Positions 1 to 13,465 are shown, numbered from the stretch's first letter. The stretch: 64,000 nt of DNA from Octopus vulgaris (GCA_951406725.2 OX597818.1:99262001-99326000), one strand, 5' to 3'. Program-made: numbers and translations. Notes: generated by a model from the letters alone, not told the origin.

Positions 1-1348
1 AGAAAATTCTCGAGATGAAAGAGGATCCTTAAAAGAGAATGAAAAGGAAGATGGAAGAGAGCGTGTATGTGAATATATAAGAATACAGGTGGGTAACAGT
101 TAGAAAATGGCGTGTGAGATTACCATATAAAAATGGCGATGGTTTCAAATGTCAAATTACTCTACTCTTATCAGACAATAAAAGAGAAGTTTCTGGTTAC
201 AAAGTACCACTCTAAGATTGATTCACTCCGGGACATCAAAATGAAAAAAAAAAAAATGGAAAAAGAAAAAAATACATTTCAAGGCCGATTCATAACACTC
301 TGAATTGCTTTCAGATACCTAAGCAGGATTTTGATAAGTAACCAACCTTCTCCCTCACATAAAGATGATGGAATTCCAATACATTATGATTTTTCTTACT
401 TCCCATATAAACAGTGTCGTGTTATATTTGACAGTCCATAATATAAGGTCCAGATACTTAGATTGGTACCAAAATCAACAAAACCAGACAAACAATAAAC
501 ATTAAAAAGAGAAAATTAGATTTTAGAAAGAGAAAACTACGTCGAGAAAATCAGTGAGGTCTACTAGATAAATCCTAAGTATTATTTATTGTCTGACAGT
601 TAATATTGATTTATTTTTCTTACTATATAACAGTGAACGTTATATAACTGAGAAAAAGAAAAAAGGCAAGTAAATTTCCAGTTCACTTCAGCTAATACTC
701 TTGGTACAGACATGAACATCACATAATCTCATGACAAAACATGTAAAATCATGGTTCTGTGACACAAAAAAATATGTTGACCTCTTTTGGCCAGTGTTCT
801 CAAATTTATGGAGACTGAGTATTATTTTTGCCTTCTCTGGGACATTAAGTAGCAAGGAGTTGACACTAGGTCATGTTATTAGGTTCACAGAGAAATTACA
901 ATTTCTTGCAAAATAACTATTGCACAAAAAGTATATTCTATTACAATGATACTCAAACTTCATTCCATTTAACAACAGAGCAAATGAGTTAACACTGAAC
1001 ATCGAAAGTGAGTGTTTCCTTCACAGAATGCAACAGAAAGCATTCATAGTCACTTGGGAAATAAAGCCAGAAAAAATTTTTAAAAACTTTACCAACGTGA
1101 ACAGTGTTGTTGTTAGCTGGTGGATTAACTTCTATTTCACAACTGAAAATCTATTCCAGACCATTAATTCACTGACCCCTTTCCTCAGCAATCTCTTCCC
1201 ACCATTATTAACCTTATCATTAACCCTAGTTGTTTCTCTACGACCTATTTTCATTCCAAACAACTGTCCTGGTCATAAGTTCCATGCACAATATATTAAT
1301 CTTATATTAATCTTTGTGTACACACACATACATATATATATATATATA

Positions 1349-1703
1349 AAAGACACCATCCGAGCGTGATCGTTGCCAGAGTAGCTAACTGGCTTCCGTG
1401 CTGGTGACATGTAAGAGGCACCATTCGAGCAGGATTGTTACCAGCATCGCCTTATTGGCACCTGTGCCGTTGACATGTGTAAAAAGATTTGAGCGAGGTC
1501 ATTGCCAGTAGTGCCTGATTGGCTCCTGTGCCAGTGGCACTTAAAAGCACCCATTACACTCTCGGAGTGGTTGGCGTTAGGAAGGGCATCCATCTCTAGA
1601 GACTCTGCAAGATCAAGACTGGAGCCTGGTGCAGCCATCTGGTTCGCCAGCCCTCAGTCAAACCGTCCAACTAGCATAGAAAACGGACGTTAAATGATGA
1701 TGA
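1349..1703 (+). mobile_element. RTE-tail repeat family copy ending in (TGA)n
   Basis: Contains ggcgttaggaagggcatcc...ccgtccaac...ggacgttaaatgatgatga, shared with several other copies in the window. Confidence 0.8.
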
Positions 1704-2328
1704 TATACACTCTCACATCTGTATATATTTGTGATGTGTGTATATAAAAGTTACATTCACGCACATTTATCTGTATCTCTATAAATATACATGCATATGT
1801 ATGCATGCATGCACATAATTTGAGCAATGTGAGCTAGGAGTGAGAATAAGCGGAGGCAGTTAAAAAATAATCCAATTACAATTTATTTATTGTACAACTT
1901 AAGGTCAGTAGTTCAAATTATGAACAATGGGATGGTCAGTATTTGGAAAGTGAACATTTACAAACGCAGGCCAGTAAATTTGACGGAATCATTAATCTAT
2001 GTATGTGCACTGAAAACCAGATTTTATTTTATGATAGACAAAGCAAAAGTTCCTCAACCCACAAAGAAAATAAATCTGCACAAGCAGAAATAGCTGTGAA
2101 AACTTACTGAAGTCACATGTTAATGACATAAAAGCAGATGGACACATTCAGGAAACATAGTCCAAGACGTACATGAAGATGAGAAAATCATGGCTAGAAT
2201 GCTTCTGGTCAAAAGTCAATTCAATTAAAGCGGATCAGACACAAAATAACAACAATATCTGCAAAATACTAACTTCTAAGTACTGGTGTGTATGAGAATG
2301 TGTTGTTTAATCTGGGTATCTATATATA

Positions 2329-2361
<33 letters not shown>

Positions 2362-2409
2362 GTATGTGTATATGTATGCATGTATATATACATATACATA
2401 TATACACAC

Positions 2410-2464
<55 letters not shown>

Positions 2465-3023
2465 TTGAGTTTTTTATAGCTTTTTTAATTTCTCTTCAGC
2501 CAGTTAATTTAGATATCAACAATTAACTAAGAAGACTCTTAATACAAATTCTGCTAATAAATTGAAATGCAGTTAAAAATAACACTGGCTAACTCATTCT
2601 TACTCATCAACCATGTAAATTCTTTTCTTGTGGGTGAAATTGTTGTTCAGTTAAGCTTTCTAAATTATAAGTTTTCTTAATAACAAGATATTGCTTGAGA
2701 ATGCTGGAGTGGAATACCCAAAATAATTTATATAGTACATGTCAACAAACATCTTAAGTTAATCTTTGTTATTACCTGAGTTAGGTCATGAGCGCTAATA
2801 AAAGAGACACTATGTAGGTCACTGAGGGTCACTAAACATTGACATTCTCACTTATCCACTATGAGATTAGTAATATTAATTCTGACTCAACTGGGAATAG
2901 GTTAATGAGTTTTATAGTTGCTTTATTTAGCCTTGTTTTGTAGCTGCATTGATCAAAGTAGCAATAACATTTATTTTGAAGAAACTAAAAGTGCAAGAGA
3001 CCAAGTTCTTAAATATTATTCTA

Positions 3024-3079
<56 letters not shown>

Positions 3080-3944
3080 GCAGACATATAATATACAGGG
3101 ATACATATATATAAAATGATCGCTTTCACATTGTACTATTATCTCTTTAGAACTGTTTCCAACAAAATGTAAAATTCCTCCAGGCATTTTTTTTGTTTCT
3201 CTATTTTCCACGTATCTTCCAAGATTTTGTGTTACTTCAGTCTACTTTCGATGACAGCTATGTACTGAACAGTCACTAACTTGTTTTTACTTCTTTCCTT
3301 TCTGACTCTGAAGTTCTCTACCAACATATCCTATTCTGAACATCTGATACAAATAAGCTAACACAATAACAAGATTCAAGAAAATGGTGTAGTTTGTGCA
3401 GGGGAAAAAAAAAAACAGTTGTCCTATTTTCGCACAGATGGATACAGCACAGCAGTTAACCAAGGGTTTCCGAGAAGAAAATGTTTATTGAGTAAACTAC
3501 CGGTGATCAAATATATTAAATAATCATAGACATGTAGTCATAACTTTATAAAGAAAGGACCTAGAGAGATAACAATTACCAATGAACAACATATATTCAT
3601 ATATATATCCATATATATATTTTTATATACCTACAGAAATATATACATGTACACACACACACACACATATATATTTAATTAATACTGATAGTACAAATTA
3701 TAATCTGTTTCAGTCAGTTAGGCAATCTCAAGCAGATATTGTTTAACTGACTGGAACAGGTTATATGCTGCATCCATATCAATTGTATATGTCCAATCAG
3801 TAGCAAATGCTTTGAGTTTTTTTATTAGGATAGTGAACTAGCTTGTCATTGAACTAACACTTTTAACTATACATACATACACATATGCACACACACACAA
3901 TTTATATGATTGTATATAATTAAAGTAGAAATATTAATTCTCCC

Positions 3945-4420
3945 CAATCCACAGAAGTTCGTTAAAAATAACTGACAACTTTTACTACCTCGGTGACCTA
4001 ATTAGCAGCAGAAGTGGGTGTGCTGGAGGTATTGTAGGCTAAGTTAGGATGGAAAATATTTAGGAAGCTATCACCTACACTGACTACAGAGGATTTCTAT
4101 CTCAAAGTAAAGATGAGACTCCATGATGCATGTTTACAAAATGCAATATTACATAGTAGTGAGACATGCTTTTGAAATCAGAAGATTGTAGTGTTCGGAA
4201 AGAAATGACATATGCTTGCTCCAGAGGGTATAAAATGTTCATGAATCTTGTACAACAAAACATAGTGAGTTGTTGATAGAAAAACTGAATATAATGAGTA
4301 TCAAATGTAACATTAATGCTGATATGGGTATATGGTGCATATGGAGGATAATTGTTGTATAACAAAGTACCAAGCATTTTGTGTAGACGGAAACTATGGA
4401 ATGAGACTATTACTTGCAAT
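3945..4420 (+). mobile_element. RTE-clade LINE fragment (post-RT region)
   Basis: Broken translation DNFYYLGDLISS..GC....GWKIFRKLSP..KVKMRLHDAC..AILHSSET matches the typical RTE ORF2 C-terminal region. Confidence 0.75.
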
Positions 4421-4458
4421 GCCAAACAAAAAAAAATCTGTTATATATTTATTATTTA

Positions 4459-4739
4459 TGCGCCCTTTTCAAGCCTAGCCAGACTCATGGGCCCGGTTTC
4501 TGTGGTGTATGTGTTCCCCCCAGCTGGACGGGATGCCAGTCCATCGCAGCGTTACCCAAGAAACAGGAAGAGAGAGTGAGAGAAAGTTGGGGCGAAAGAG
4601 TACAACAGGGGTTGCCACCACCCCTTGCCGGAGCCTCGTGGAGCTTTAGGTGCTTTTGCTCAATAAACACACACAACGCCCTATCTGGGAATCAAACCAC
4701 GAGTCCACTGCCCTAACCACTGAGCCATTGCACCTCCAC
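4459..4739 (-). mobile_element. tRNA-derived SINE, family S4
   Basis: Minus strand tggctcagtggttagggc...ggtttgattcc head; tail contains gcgatggactggcatcccgtccag. Confidence 0.8.
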
Positions 4740-4939
4740 ATGTATATGTACTTTTTCCAAATTTTAAGGGTATTTTGAAAGGCCAGGTTGGAGGCCCAAT
4801 CTTCTGAGTTCTTTTACAGGGCTCAGAAAAACTGAAGGACCACTGCTATAAGTGTGTGGATCTGAGAGGGGAATATGTTGAATAAAATCATAATCAACTC
4901 ATCCTCCTCTATTTTCTTTTACCCAAAGCCAGGAACTTT

Positions 4940-7138
4940 TCAGCATCCCTCGTACATTAACAGATATAACCTATTTGCAAGAGTTTTCATCAAGGTTTCC
5001 AAATTAATGGATCTTATAACGAAGTCACACATATTTCTACCAGAACTTTGTCATATCTACACAAATGAATGGCAAAAAAAGAGGCCTTCTTGAAACACAT
5101 TCTTTTAATCTGGCTTTTAAACAAAATTCACATTATTGAGATTGATTTTATGTCAGCAGAAATTTCAAACACTACAAGCAACAAATAATTTTTTGAAATA
5201 GTCAAATCAAATACAGTCTATGGTCTCTAAGGCACCTTACATGAAAGACGAGATTCAAGAAACTCTAACAGGTGACAATGAATATCTATCTTAAAACAGG
5301 AAAGCATCATATGATGGAGACTTTGAATCGAAATTTAACCAATTTAGCCAATACTTGACATCAAAAGATAGTAACCTATTGCTGAGACATAACCACATAT
5401 GTGTGTACATAAACTCTGTCAGGTACAATTGTAAATATTTTAACGAGTTCTGAAACTGAAATGTTCACTCCAACAAAAGATGGAGTTAAATATTTTCAGA
5501 TAGCACAGTATATTGGTAGCAATGAGACATTTTGGAGAATAATTAGGCAACCCTATTCATGAACAAAATCTATCAGTTTAAGAACTGTTTGTTCACTTAG
5601 AGAATGGACAAATAATCTCTTTTACTGTAGAAATCGTCATTCAATCCTTTCTTCCAACGGAAACTACATGAATAGCATTTTCAAACTTTGACAGAAACAC
5701 TCTTTTGCTCAAACACTGCTGCATGATCAGTTACCACCCTTTTATGCATGAAACAATAAACAAAGGAATTCCAAAAAAAGAGGCTCTGAGTTTGATGAAG
5801 GTTATCCAGATATGCAATTAAACAAGATTCCAGAAAGTGTATAAATTGTGCATCCAACTCAACAAGAATGCTTCTTGATTGGGCTACTTCTTCATGAAAT
5901 CTATGGTTTCACATGCATTTTTGATCTTCAAATAATTGGCACTCATGTCTGCCTTTCTTATAGTACCATATTTTAGACTAAGGCTGCTAGAGGATAATAG
6001 TCAACCATTGGTAACTACGTTGGAGATGTTAACTTTATGCACAGCCAAACGTTTGAGAACACCATTTGCTAGTCTATTTACAAAAGGTGATTTAAGAGAC
6101 TCAATACCAATATGGCTGTATTGCAGATATGATCTTGCAGAAGATTACAAATACCAGATTACTTGCCATGACCTGGTAGGAAAATAGAACACTAATAATA
6201 TTTACAATATAGTATTTATTGCTACCAAAGTCAAAAGTCATTTACATGACAGAATTAATTATTGAGAACGAACTTCCTCATAGCAATCGCTTTGAAATTG
6301 ATGATTTTACAGAAGAAGTTTTAAAAGAAACTTTCAGCAACATTAAAGACTTGTCATGTTAGAAAAATAACAAAAGTTGCTCTGCAATGCTACACTTATG
6401 AGGCTCTCTTATTAAAGAGGAGCCTCTACAGTTGAAGTACTAATAAAAAGAGTATTCCCAAATTTCCAGTATTTTCAAAAGCAATATATGCCCTTAAAAT
6501 ATCACTCTGCAGCATAAACACTATTTGAGTTGCTTTTCAGGAGATTCACTAACCTACAGATTCACTTCCAGACCTTATAGAGGCTGTCTACTATCTTGTT
6601 AAGTTCTTAAAAACCATTTAGGATTCACCATCATGCTCTTATGCATCTTCATCAGTCTCAGTTGTGTGCGGCACTAGACTGTGGTTAAAAGTGAATGCTT
6701 CATGTTATTTAGGGAATTCTCACAGTCTGTTCCATAAGAGAATACACTTATATTACCTAGAATACATTTGATACTGTCAGATTCAGAAGTATCTTCCATA
6801 GTCAAAAGGCAGCAGTTAGTTTCCAGTGAAACTCAATTTTGCTATGACCATAAATAAATCAGAGGAATAAACTGTATCAGCTCTCATGAACAACTTTGGG
6901 TTGCATAAGAATTGGACATTACCACAATTTATTCGTTCATGCTCCTCTTGGAAAAACACTCAATATTGCTTATGATAAACTTCTGGGTTTAGTGTGAATA
7001 ATAAATAATGGGAACAAATGACAAGAGGTAGCATGCTGCTAAAAAATAAAAAGCCTACAAATGAATGTGAATTTGTATATAACAGCTTTGCTGTGTTATA
7101 TAGGTTTTCACCCAAGTAGTACCAAGTACCTCTGCTAG
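4940..7138 (+). mobile_element. Decayed autonomous Helitron (Rep/Pif1 helicase), internally deleted
   Basis: Collinear broken motifs: YTNEWQK-RGL (HUH Rep motif region, ~5060), TGDNEY, WRII..PIHEQ..VHLENGQ (~5530-5610), VHPTQQECF, LLED..LRTPFA (ORF 5936-6187), CGTRL, LPRI, FPVKLNFAMTINKS (Pif1, ~6820-6860), HEQLWVA. Ends at a decayed hairpin plus CTAG|T at 7135-7139. Confidence 0.9.
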
Positions 7139-7201
7139 TATTTGCATGTACTTTATATGTATGCATACATACATATATATGAAGCTACACATATATATGC
7201 A

Positions 7202-7556
7202 CATCATCATCATTTAGCGTCCGCTTTCCATGCTAGCATGGGTTGGACGGTTCAATTGGGGTCTGGGAAGCCAGAAGGCTGCACCAGGCCCAGTCTGATC
7301 TGGCAATGTTTCTACGGCTGGATGCCCTTTCTAATGCCAGCCACTCTGTGAGTGTAGTGGGTGCTTTTTACGTGCCAGACGAGGCTGGCAAACGGCCACA
7401 ATCGGATGGTGCTTTTTATGTGCCACCGGCACGGGGGCCAGGCGAGGCTGGCAATGGCCACGATCAGATGGTGCTTTTTACGTACCACCGGCACGAGGCC
7501 AGTCGGGATGGCCACGTTCGGATGGTTCTCTTACGTACCACCAGCACTGGTATCAC
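7202..7556 (-). mobile_element. RTE-tail repeat family copy with about 3 internal units
   Basis: (CAT)n-ttagcgtccgctttccatgctagcatgggttggacgg followed by gtgcca...cggatggtgc units. Confidence 0.85.
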
Positions 7557-7616
7557 ATATATATATATATATGGAGATATGCATAAATGTATATGGAGAT
7601 ATACTTACAAGATATA

Positions 7617-8372
7617 TGAGGTGTGTTCAAAAAGTATCCCATTTTATTCATTCCTATCAAAACTAATGTCGTGTGGGCAAAATCCTTTCGGTGAGAGGTG
7701 ACGCCACCCTTCCTGTGCCAGTGTGAAAATTTTTGTACCAGTAGGCTATGTCAGTTCCTGGCTGTTATGCCCAGAGTATAGGTGTGGAGTGTGTAATTGT
7801 CAGATTTTCGTTTTCCCACATGATAACAGAATGCATTGAGCAGAGACCAGAAACCCATGGCTCATCACCAGTTAAAGTGGAATTCACAAATCCTGGGCTT
7901 ATTCCTACTTTGTGGGCAATCTCCAGGATTGTTACACGACGGTCTTCCATAAATATTCACCAGACTTTCTCAATCAGTTCCTATTTCGATTTGTGGACAG
8001 CATACCTCACTCTCCACTTAGGTGCTGCCATGTTTAAAGCAGCTGTACCACTCTTTGATCCAAGTTTTGCCCATGGCATCATTGCCAAAGGTCAGCTGAA
8101 TCTTCTGGGTGGTTTGAGATTGAGTATCACTATGCTTTTGACAAAAACTTGATGCAATATCTCTGCTCAATGCGTTCAGTGACAACGAAAATCAGACGAG
8201 CATGCACTTACACATCTGTAAACTAGCAGCTGGGAACTGATCCGATCAACTGGGGCGAAAAGTTTCACGTATGTGTAAAAAGTATGGCATCACCTCCCAA
8301 CCAAATGGTTTTGCCCATGCCGCATTAGTTTTGGCGTGAAAAAAATGTCGGATATTTTTTGAGCGTACCTCG
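7617..8372 (-). mobile_element. Non-autonomous mariner derivative with TA target sites and long inverted arms
   Basis: TA|tgaggtgtgttcaaaaagtatcc versus ggatattttttgagcgtacctcg|TA. Minus-strand transposase remnant ERIEQRYCIKF..FGNDAMGKTWIKEWYSCFKHG..EDRRVTILEIAHKVGIS fused by deletion to TGDEPWV. Confidence 0.9.
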
Positions 8373-10317
8373 TATATTATATATATGGAAATTATACGTG
8401 TGTGTGTGTGCGCGCGCGCATATACACGTAAATATACACATACACACACACATCATGGGAATCCTGAACTCTGCAGACCGATTCTTTTGGTCTTTGTGCT
8501 TGTACAAAAGCGCATTCAATAAAATTCAGCACAATTTACGAAGTATATTTTACACACGAGTTCACATCAAGAAACTTGCAAACTAAACACGAAAACGAAA
8601 GGTTCAAGTTTAAGTGTTTTGCTAAGGGCTTAGAGGCAGTTGAGAATTTGGATGGAGTTTTGAGTTCGGAATTAGGCTTTAGGGTCAGAGTTGGATTTAA
8701 AGTCAGTGTTTGCTGTTGGAGTTAAGGATGAGACGTGGTAGAAAATCTTTAAGCTGTGATAAAATGTTTTTTACGCACGACTCATTTTTATGCTCTCGCG
8801 CAAAAATAAATAAATAAATAAAATAAACATTAAAAATTAATCGGACTGTTGCGAAACATTTATCCCTCAATGATTTTTTTCATTTTCAGATATGTGTCGT
8901 GAGAAAATCTGCAATGAAATTTAAATCGTAATGTTATTGTTAATGTTCTTTGTTGTCATATCAACTAACACTAAGATGACTAATGCTTGTCTGTGAATGA
9001 AAATATTTCTTTTTAATCAACACAAGTTATAAGAAATAAAAAAAAAAAGCACTTCATCGTATATAAAATACTAATATTTTCTCATTGTTAGTCATGTAAA
9101 CAACGCCATTGAACTTCGAGAAACGTTGCAGTTTGTGTTTCTCAGGAAGATAAAATTCGAACAAACGTAGACGTGAAAAGGTGCGTGATTCGATTTCCAA
9201 CCGTAAGTAATTTAATTTCATATATGTAGCTGACTAATGCTTCCTAAAAGAGCATGAATTTTACAAAATTATAAATATAACACCTTTTATTAGTTGGAGA
9301 TAACTAATAATGTATGATTTCGATACTAAAAAAAATACTTTTTAGTTTAAGTGAATACGTTTTTTCTTGTTTTTCGCTTTCCCTTTTTGCCTTAATGTTA
9401 TAACAATAACACCAAACAGTTTTTAACCCAACATAGCTTTATTTGCTTCGAGATCCATCGTTCCAAAGGAAATTATTTCACGTTCTCTCGAAGTTTATGA
9501 ATTCTTATGACGTCAAAACAATATTTTATTAAATGCATGAACATGATATAGTATTTAAAGACTATCTAAAATATCTGAAAGTGTCATCAGTGAACATGTA
9601 ACTTTACATAAAATCAACTTAACAAATCGAAAAGTCATAATTTTGCATTTATTACGTTGCCATGTAATTAAACAAAGCGTGGGTGTTCAATTAAAAACCT
9701 CGCCGGTTATTGTATGTATGACATTCTTTAATAAGCATTAAAAACAACTGATATGGAAAAGCTACGACCAGAAATCGAAGCTGGTTTTTCAGATACATTG
9801 ACTTATCTTCAACACGTTTGTAAGTGACCGATAACATAACGGTGACAATTGCTCAGATCTGTCCTATTAGCTATGGAGCAATAATCAAACATTTTATTTT
9901 AACTATTTATATATTTTTACTTGCTGGGTCAGAAGGGAGGAAGGAGCGATGCTCAAAACCTTTGCAAGCCATTGGTGCCATTAATGTTCCTCTTGACCCT
10001 TTATAAGTTAACCCTTGTGGAAAGAGTGTGGGACTTTCTGGAAAGGAAGGAATGTGAACGGTGATTAGACTAGAGTAGTAGTTTTCAACCATTTTTTTTT
10101 ACTTATGGACTTGATAACTACTTTATCTTGGTGGACCCCATAGCCATTTGATGTTTAAAAACTAATTTTATCGATGCTTCTTTTCAAAATTCCTATTTTG
10201 TTTTTCACACGTTCACTTGTGTAGGTATGAAGTAGCACTCTTTGAAAGATCATGTTTCAGTGGCTGGAAACCTGTTGAATTCTGTAAAACGTTAGAGAAA
10301 GAGGTAAAATTTACCCC

Positions 10318-10626
10318 GGCGAAGTGTCTTCTGCTATAGCCTCGGGCCGACCAAAGCCTTGTGAGTGGCTTTGACAGACGGAGACTGAAAGAAGCCCGTC
10401 GTATATATATACATACATATATATGTTTGTGTCTGCGTTTGTCCTCCTACCATCGCTTGGCAACCGATGTTGGTGTCTTTACGTCCCCGTAACTTAGCGG
10501 TTCGGCAAAAGAGCCGATAGAATAAGTACTAGTAATAGGGTTACAAAGAATAAGTCCTGGGGTCGATTTGTTTGACTAAAGGCGGTGCTCCAGCATGGCC
10601 GCAGCAAATGACTGAAACAAGTAAAA
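10318..10626 (+). mobile_element. SINE S1, 5'-truncated
   Basis: Matches the body and tail of 63199-63645. Other partial or old copies at 33725-33889 (+), 37345-37727 (-) and 47265-47610 (+). Confidence 0.85.
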
Positions 10627-10667
10627 TAATAAACAATCGGCGACTGAAGATAAAAAAAAACCGTAGC

Positions 10668-10888
10668 CCCTTTAGTGTTTAAACCGGCCATATCCGGCCC
10701 AAATATTCTACATGTTTTATATTCAAACTGGCGATATCTGGCCTCTCACACCTAACCTACATTGACATTCTAAAAATAAACAGTCACATCATTGAAACCT
10801 CAAAAGCTATAAGATAATGCAGGATTAATTAAAAACAATTTGAGTAAAAAAATATTGCATTTAACAGAGTAATCTGAACACTAAAGTG
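10668..10888. mobile_element. piggyBac-type MITE (decayed ends)
   Basis: ccctttagtgtt ... aacactaaagtg inverted termini; TTAA target sites are degenerate. Confidence 0.55.
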
Positions 10889-11872
10889 TCAACTAGGCAA
10901 GACTTCCGCTCCCCCCATTTTCTTTTTTTTTCTCTTCATTTTCTTTCCGTCAACTGTAACATAGCTGCAGACATTTAAGTACATAAACAAAACATCGACA
11001 AACAGATTCGAAGTACTACTTTGGAATCAACATTGCGTGTCAAATCATCCTCCACAATCTCTTCTAGTCCATATTTACTTTGTTTTTGTGTGTTATGTAT
11101 TCATTTTTTGTGTAACAGATGCAGGCATGGCCAAGTAGTTAAGAAGTTAACATTAATATCATGAGATGATGGGTACGATTCCTACTGCTTATCATTTTGG
11201 GCGAATTGGATTTTATTATTGTCTCGAGTTGTTCCGAAACTCATGAGACTGACATCGGATGGACTATTTATTAATTAAAAAAGAAATCCAGCCTTGTCAA
11301 GGGCACAAGAATACGTGGAAAATTAAGTTAATCGAACTCGGTAACTCGGGTAAATGCAAACATGTTTGAACATGAAGAGACCAGTTATATAAACATGGAG
11401 AAACTATCTTGAAATATTTTTGAGAAATCATTCTCAAATTATTAAGAAATAGTTCAGATTCCTTCTTCGTATCAAATAGAAACGATTATCATTATAGATA
11501 ATAGATAAGTAGGGAAATGGATCGATATTTGGTTCTTGATATTTGAGTTATCTTGTTTTGGAAAAGACGTGTCTGCTTTCAATTGATAAAAAGTACGTTG
11601 ACAAACCGAGACTGCTACACGGATAGAATCCTTGTTAAAATTATTTTTTACTGAAGCTACTAAATAAATTTGAGGAGCCTCCCGTAGTATAAGTCCGAAG
11701 CTAAGCAATAAAAATTATTTTCAGTGCAAGCACCAGAGATTAGAATGCGGAAAGTCTCCGTTCCTGTTGAAGGCCATTCACTTCACTAATTGCCCTACTT
11801 TATTATTAGATTAAATCCCCGTCTTACTTCATAAGAATATCGTTGTTAAGATAAGAGATTTGATACACTTAC

Positions 11873-12092
11873 CTGCAACGTACTGTAGTTGAACAGGTGG
11901 GCATTGAACAGGTGTGGAGGCGCCGCAAACGAGCGAGAACTTTTTGTGTAATCCGGATTTCCAGGTACCACGATCGCCAATGTCTCTCCCACCACTATCA
12001 CCGTTGTCACCATCAAAAAAAGGAACGATGGTGTGTACGATGACTAAAAAGAGGAAGAGACGGCTTTGGAGTGAAGTGAAACATGTTACCAT
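11873..12092 (-). CDS. First coding exon of an unidentified, probably secreted or membrane protein (MVTCFTSLQSRLFLFLVIVHTIVPFF...CGASTPVQCPPVQLQYVA/G); remaining exons not identified, probably left of the window
   Basis: ATG at 12092; 220 nt = 73 codons + 1 nt ending at a consensus donor CAG|GTAAGT (11872-11867). Hydrophobic stretch RLFLFLVIVHTIVPFF; locally GC/CpG-rich and non-repetitive. A phase-1 intron after a signal-type exon is typical of extracellular modular proteins. Confidence 0.7.
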
Positions 12093-12754
12093 CGTCCATC
12101 CAAGATAGCTTAGTATGCAGATGGCATCTTAATACTTATTCATTTCAGCAACAAAATTTAGTTACCTGTAACCACGATTTCAAAATCTAGGTACAAATCC
12201 TCATAGCAATAGGCAAACGGAATACTAGAAAGTGCGTGCCTCTTTTCAAAGTGCATGAAAAGTGAAAATTTTGGACCGAGAATCGAAACAAGTTGGAGAT
12301 CAGCTCAGCAAGTGTTTGTCTCTTACTCTTCAGTCCCCTATTAATATTAAATTCTATTACATAGAAACTTATATCCTCGATTATTTTCTTTTCTTATTTT
12401 ATGTGTAATATAAGAAATGCTTTTGAATTCTCTAACAGATTAACCTTGTTTCTTTTTTTTACAGAAAAAAAAAACGAAACGAGAAGCTAAAACTACAAAA
12501 TGAGTCAGCTACATGCAAGTTGTTTGTTAATAAATGTTGTAAAACGCCTTAACATAAAAAACACGAGTAAATACAGACAGCAATAGGTTTAAAAATCGCG
12601 GCTTTTGTGAGCAAAAACATATTGTTTTGCTAAACAGAGTTAAACTTCGTTTTTTTTTTTCTTCCTCTTTATTTCCTTCTCGCTTTCAGCTAAATCTGTG
12701 TAAAATCCCTTTTCACATAAGTGTCATTTCACGGTTGAGTTATCCGATTATATG

Positions 12755-12786
<32 letters not shown>

Positions 12787-12919
12787 TAGATAGATAGATG
12801 GATAGTGCACCGCTACGATATGTAAACACTATCGCTTTCATTAATACTTTCTGAATATATAATTGATGTTCCTGAGTATAATTAGAAGTAACTCCATATA
12901 GCATTAATAAGAAGAACAA

Positions 12920-13110
12920 CGATATTAACAACGCCAAAAAGCTGGCTTAATATCGAGTACCTGGTACATAGGTGTAAATGACAAGAGACGTTAATATCCT
13001 CCGTGTGTACAAGAAACTCCGAGACGCCCTCGTTTACTGGTGTCAGCTGAAAGGGGGCGGGTGATAGATAAATAAAAGCCATAAAGAGTTTGCCGTGGGA
13101 GGAATAACAA
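12920..13110 (-). promoter_or_regulatory. Candidate promoter/TSS region of the minus-strand gene
   Basis: CpG-retaining unique patch about 0.9 kb upstream of the ATG, with a GC box GGGGGCGGG at 13053-13061. Confidence 0.35.
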
Positions 13111-13465
13111 AAACAATAACAGCAACTTGTTTCTTAATGTACTTCGAAAAGTTGTTACACTTTATATATATCTACTTTTTTTTCTGTCTTCCCGCTTTCT
13201 TTCTCTTTCGTAAATCCACTTATTCTTCTCTTTCAAACGTATACTCCCAATATTTTGTTTTATTCATTGCTTTTAAACGCAAGTCCATCACCCTTTCTTC
13301 TTTTGTTTAAATGGTTTAAATGTTTCGTTCCCTCGAAAAAGTTTGTCTCTGAAATAAAGTTTACTCTCTCTCTTTTAAAAGTTCTATATCTCTTTAAAGT
13401 TCCTTTTTTTTTCTACTAAATATATATATATATATAAATATATATATAAATATATATATATATAA

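Noticed and set aside
730-1060. Second Helitron Rep remnant (ESECFLHRM, LLLNVP)
   Set aside because: The motif traces are short and lie on opposite strands; this cannot be supported without a search.
2286-2526. YI/CV/HT-rich ORFs here and throughout the ORF track
   Set aside because: These are translations of (TA)n, (TG)n and (CA)n microsatellites.
2927-3345. Minus-strand exon candidate after ttatttgtatcAG
   Set aside because: All three frames hit stops soon after the acceptor, and there is no convincing donor.
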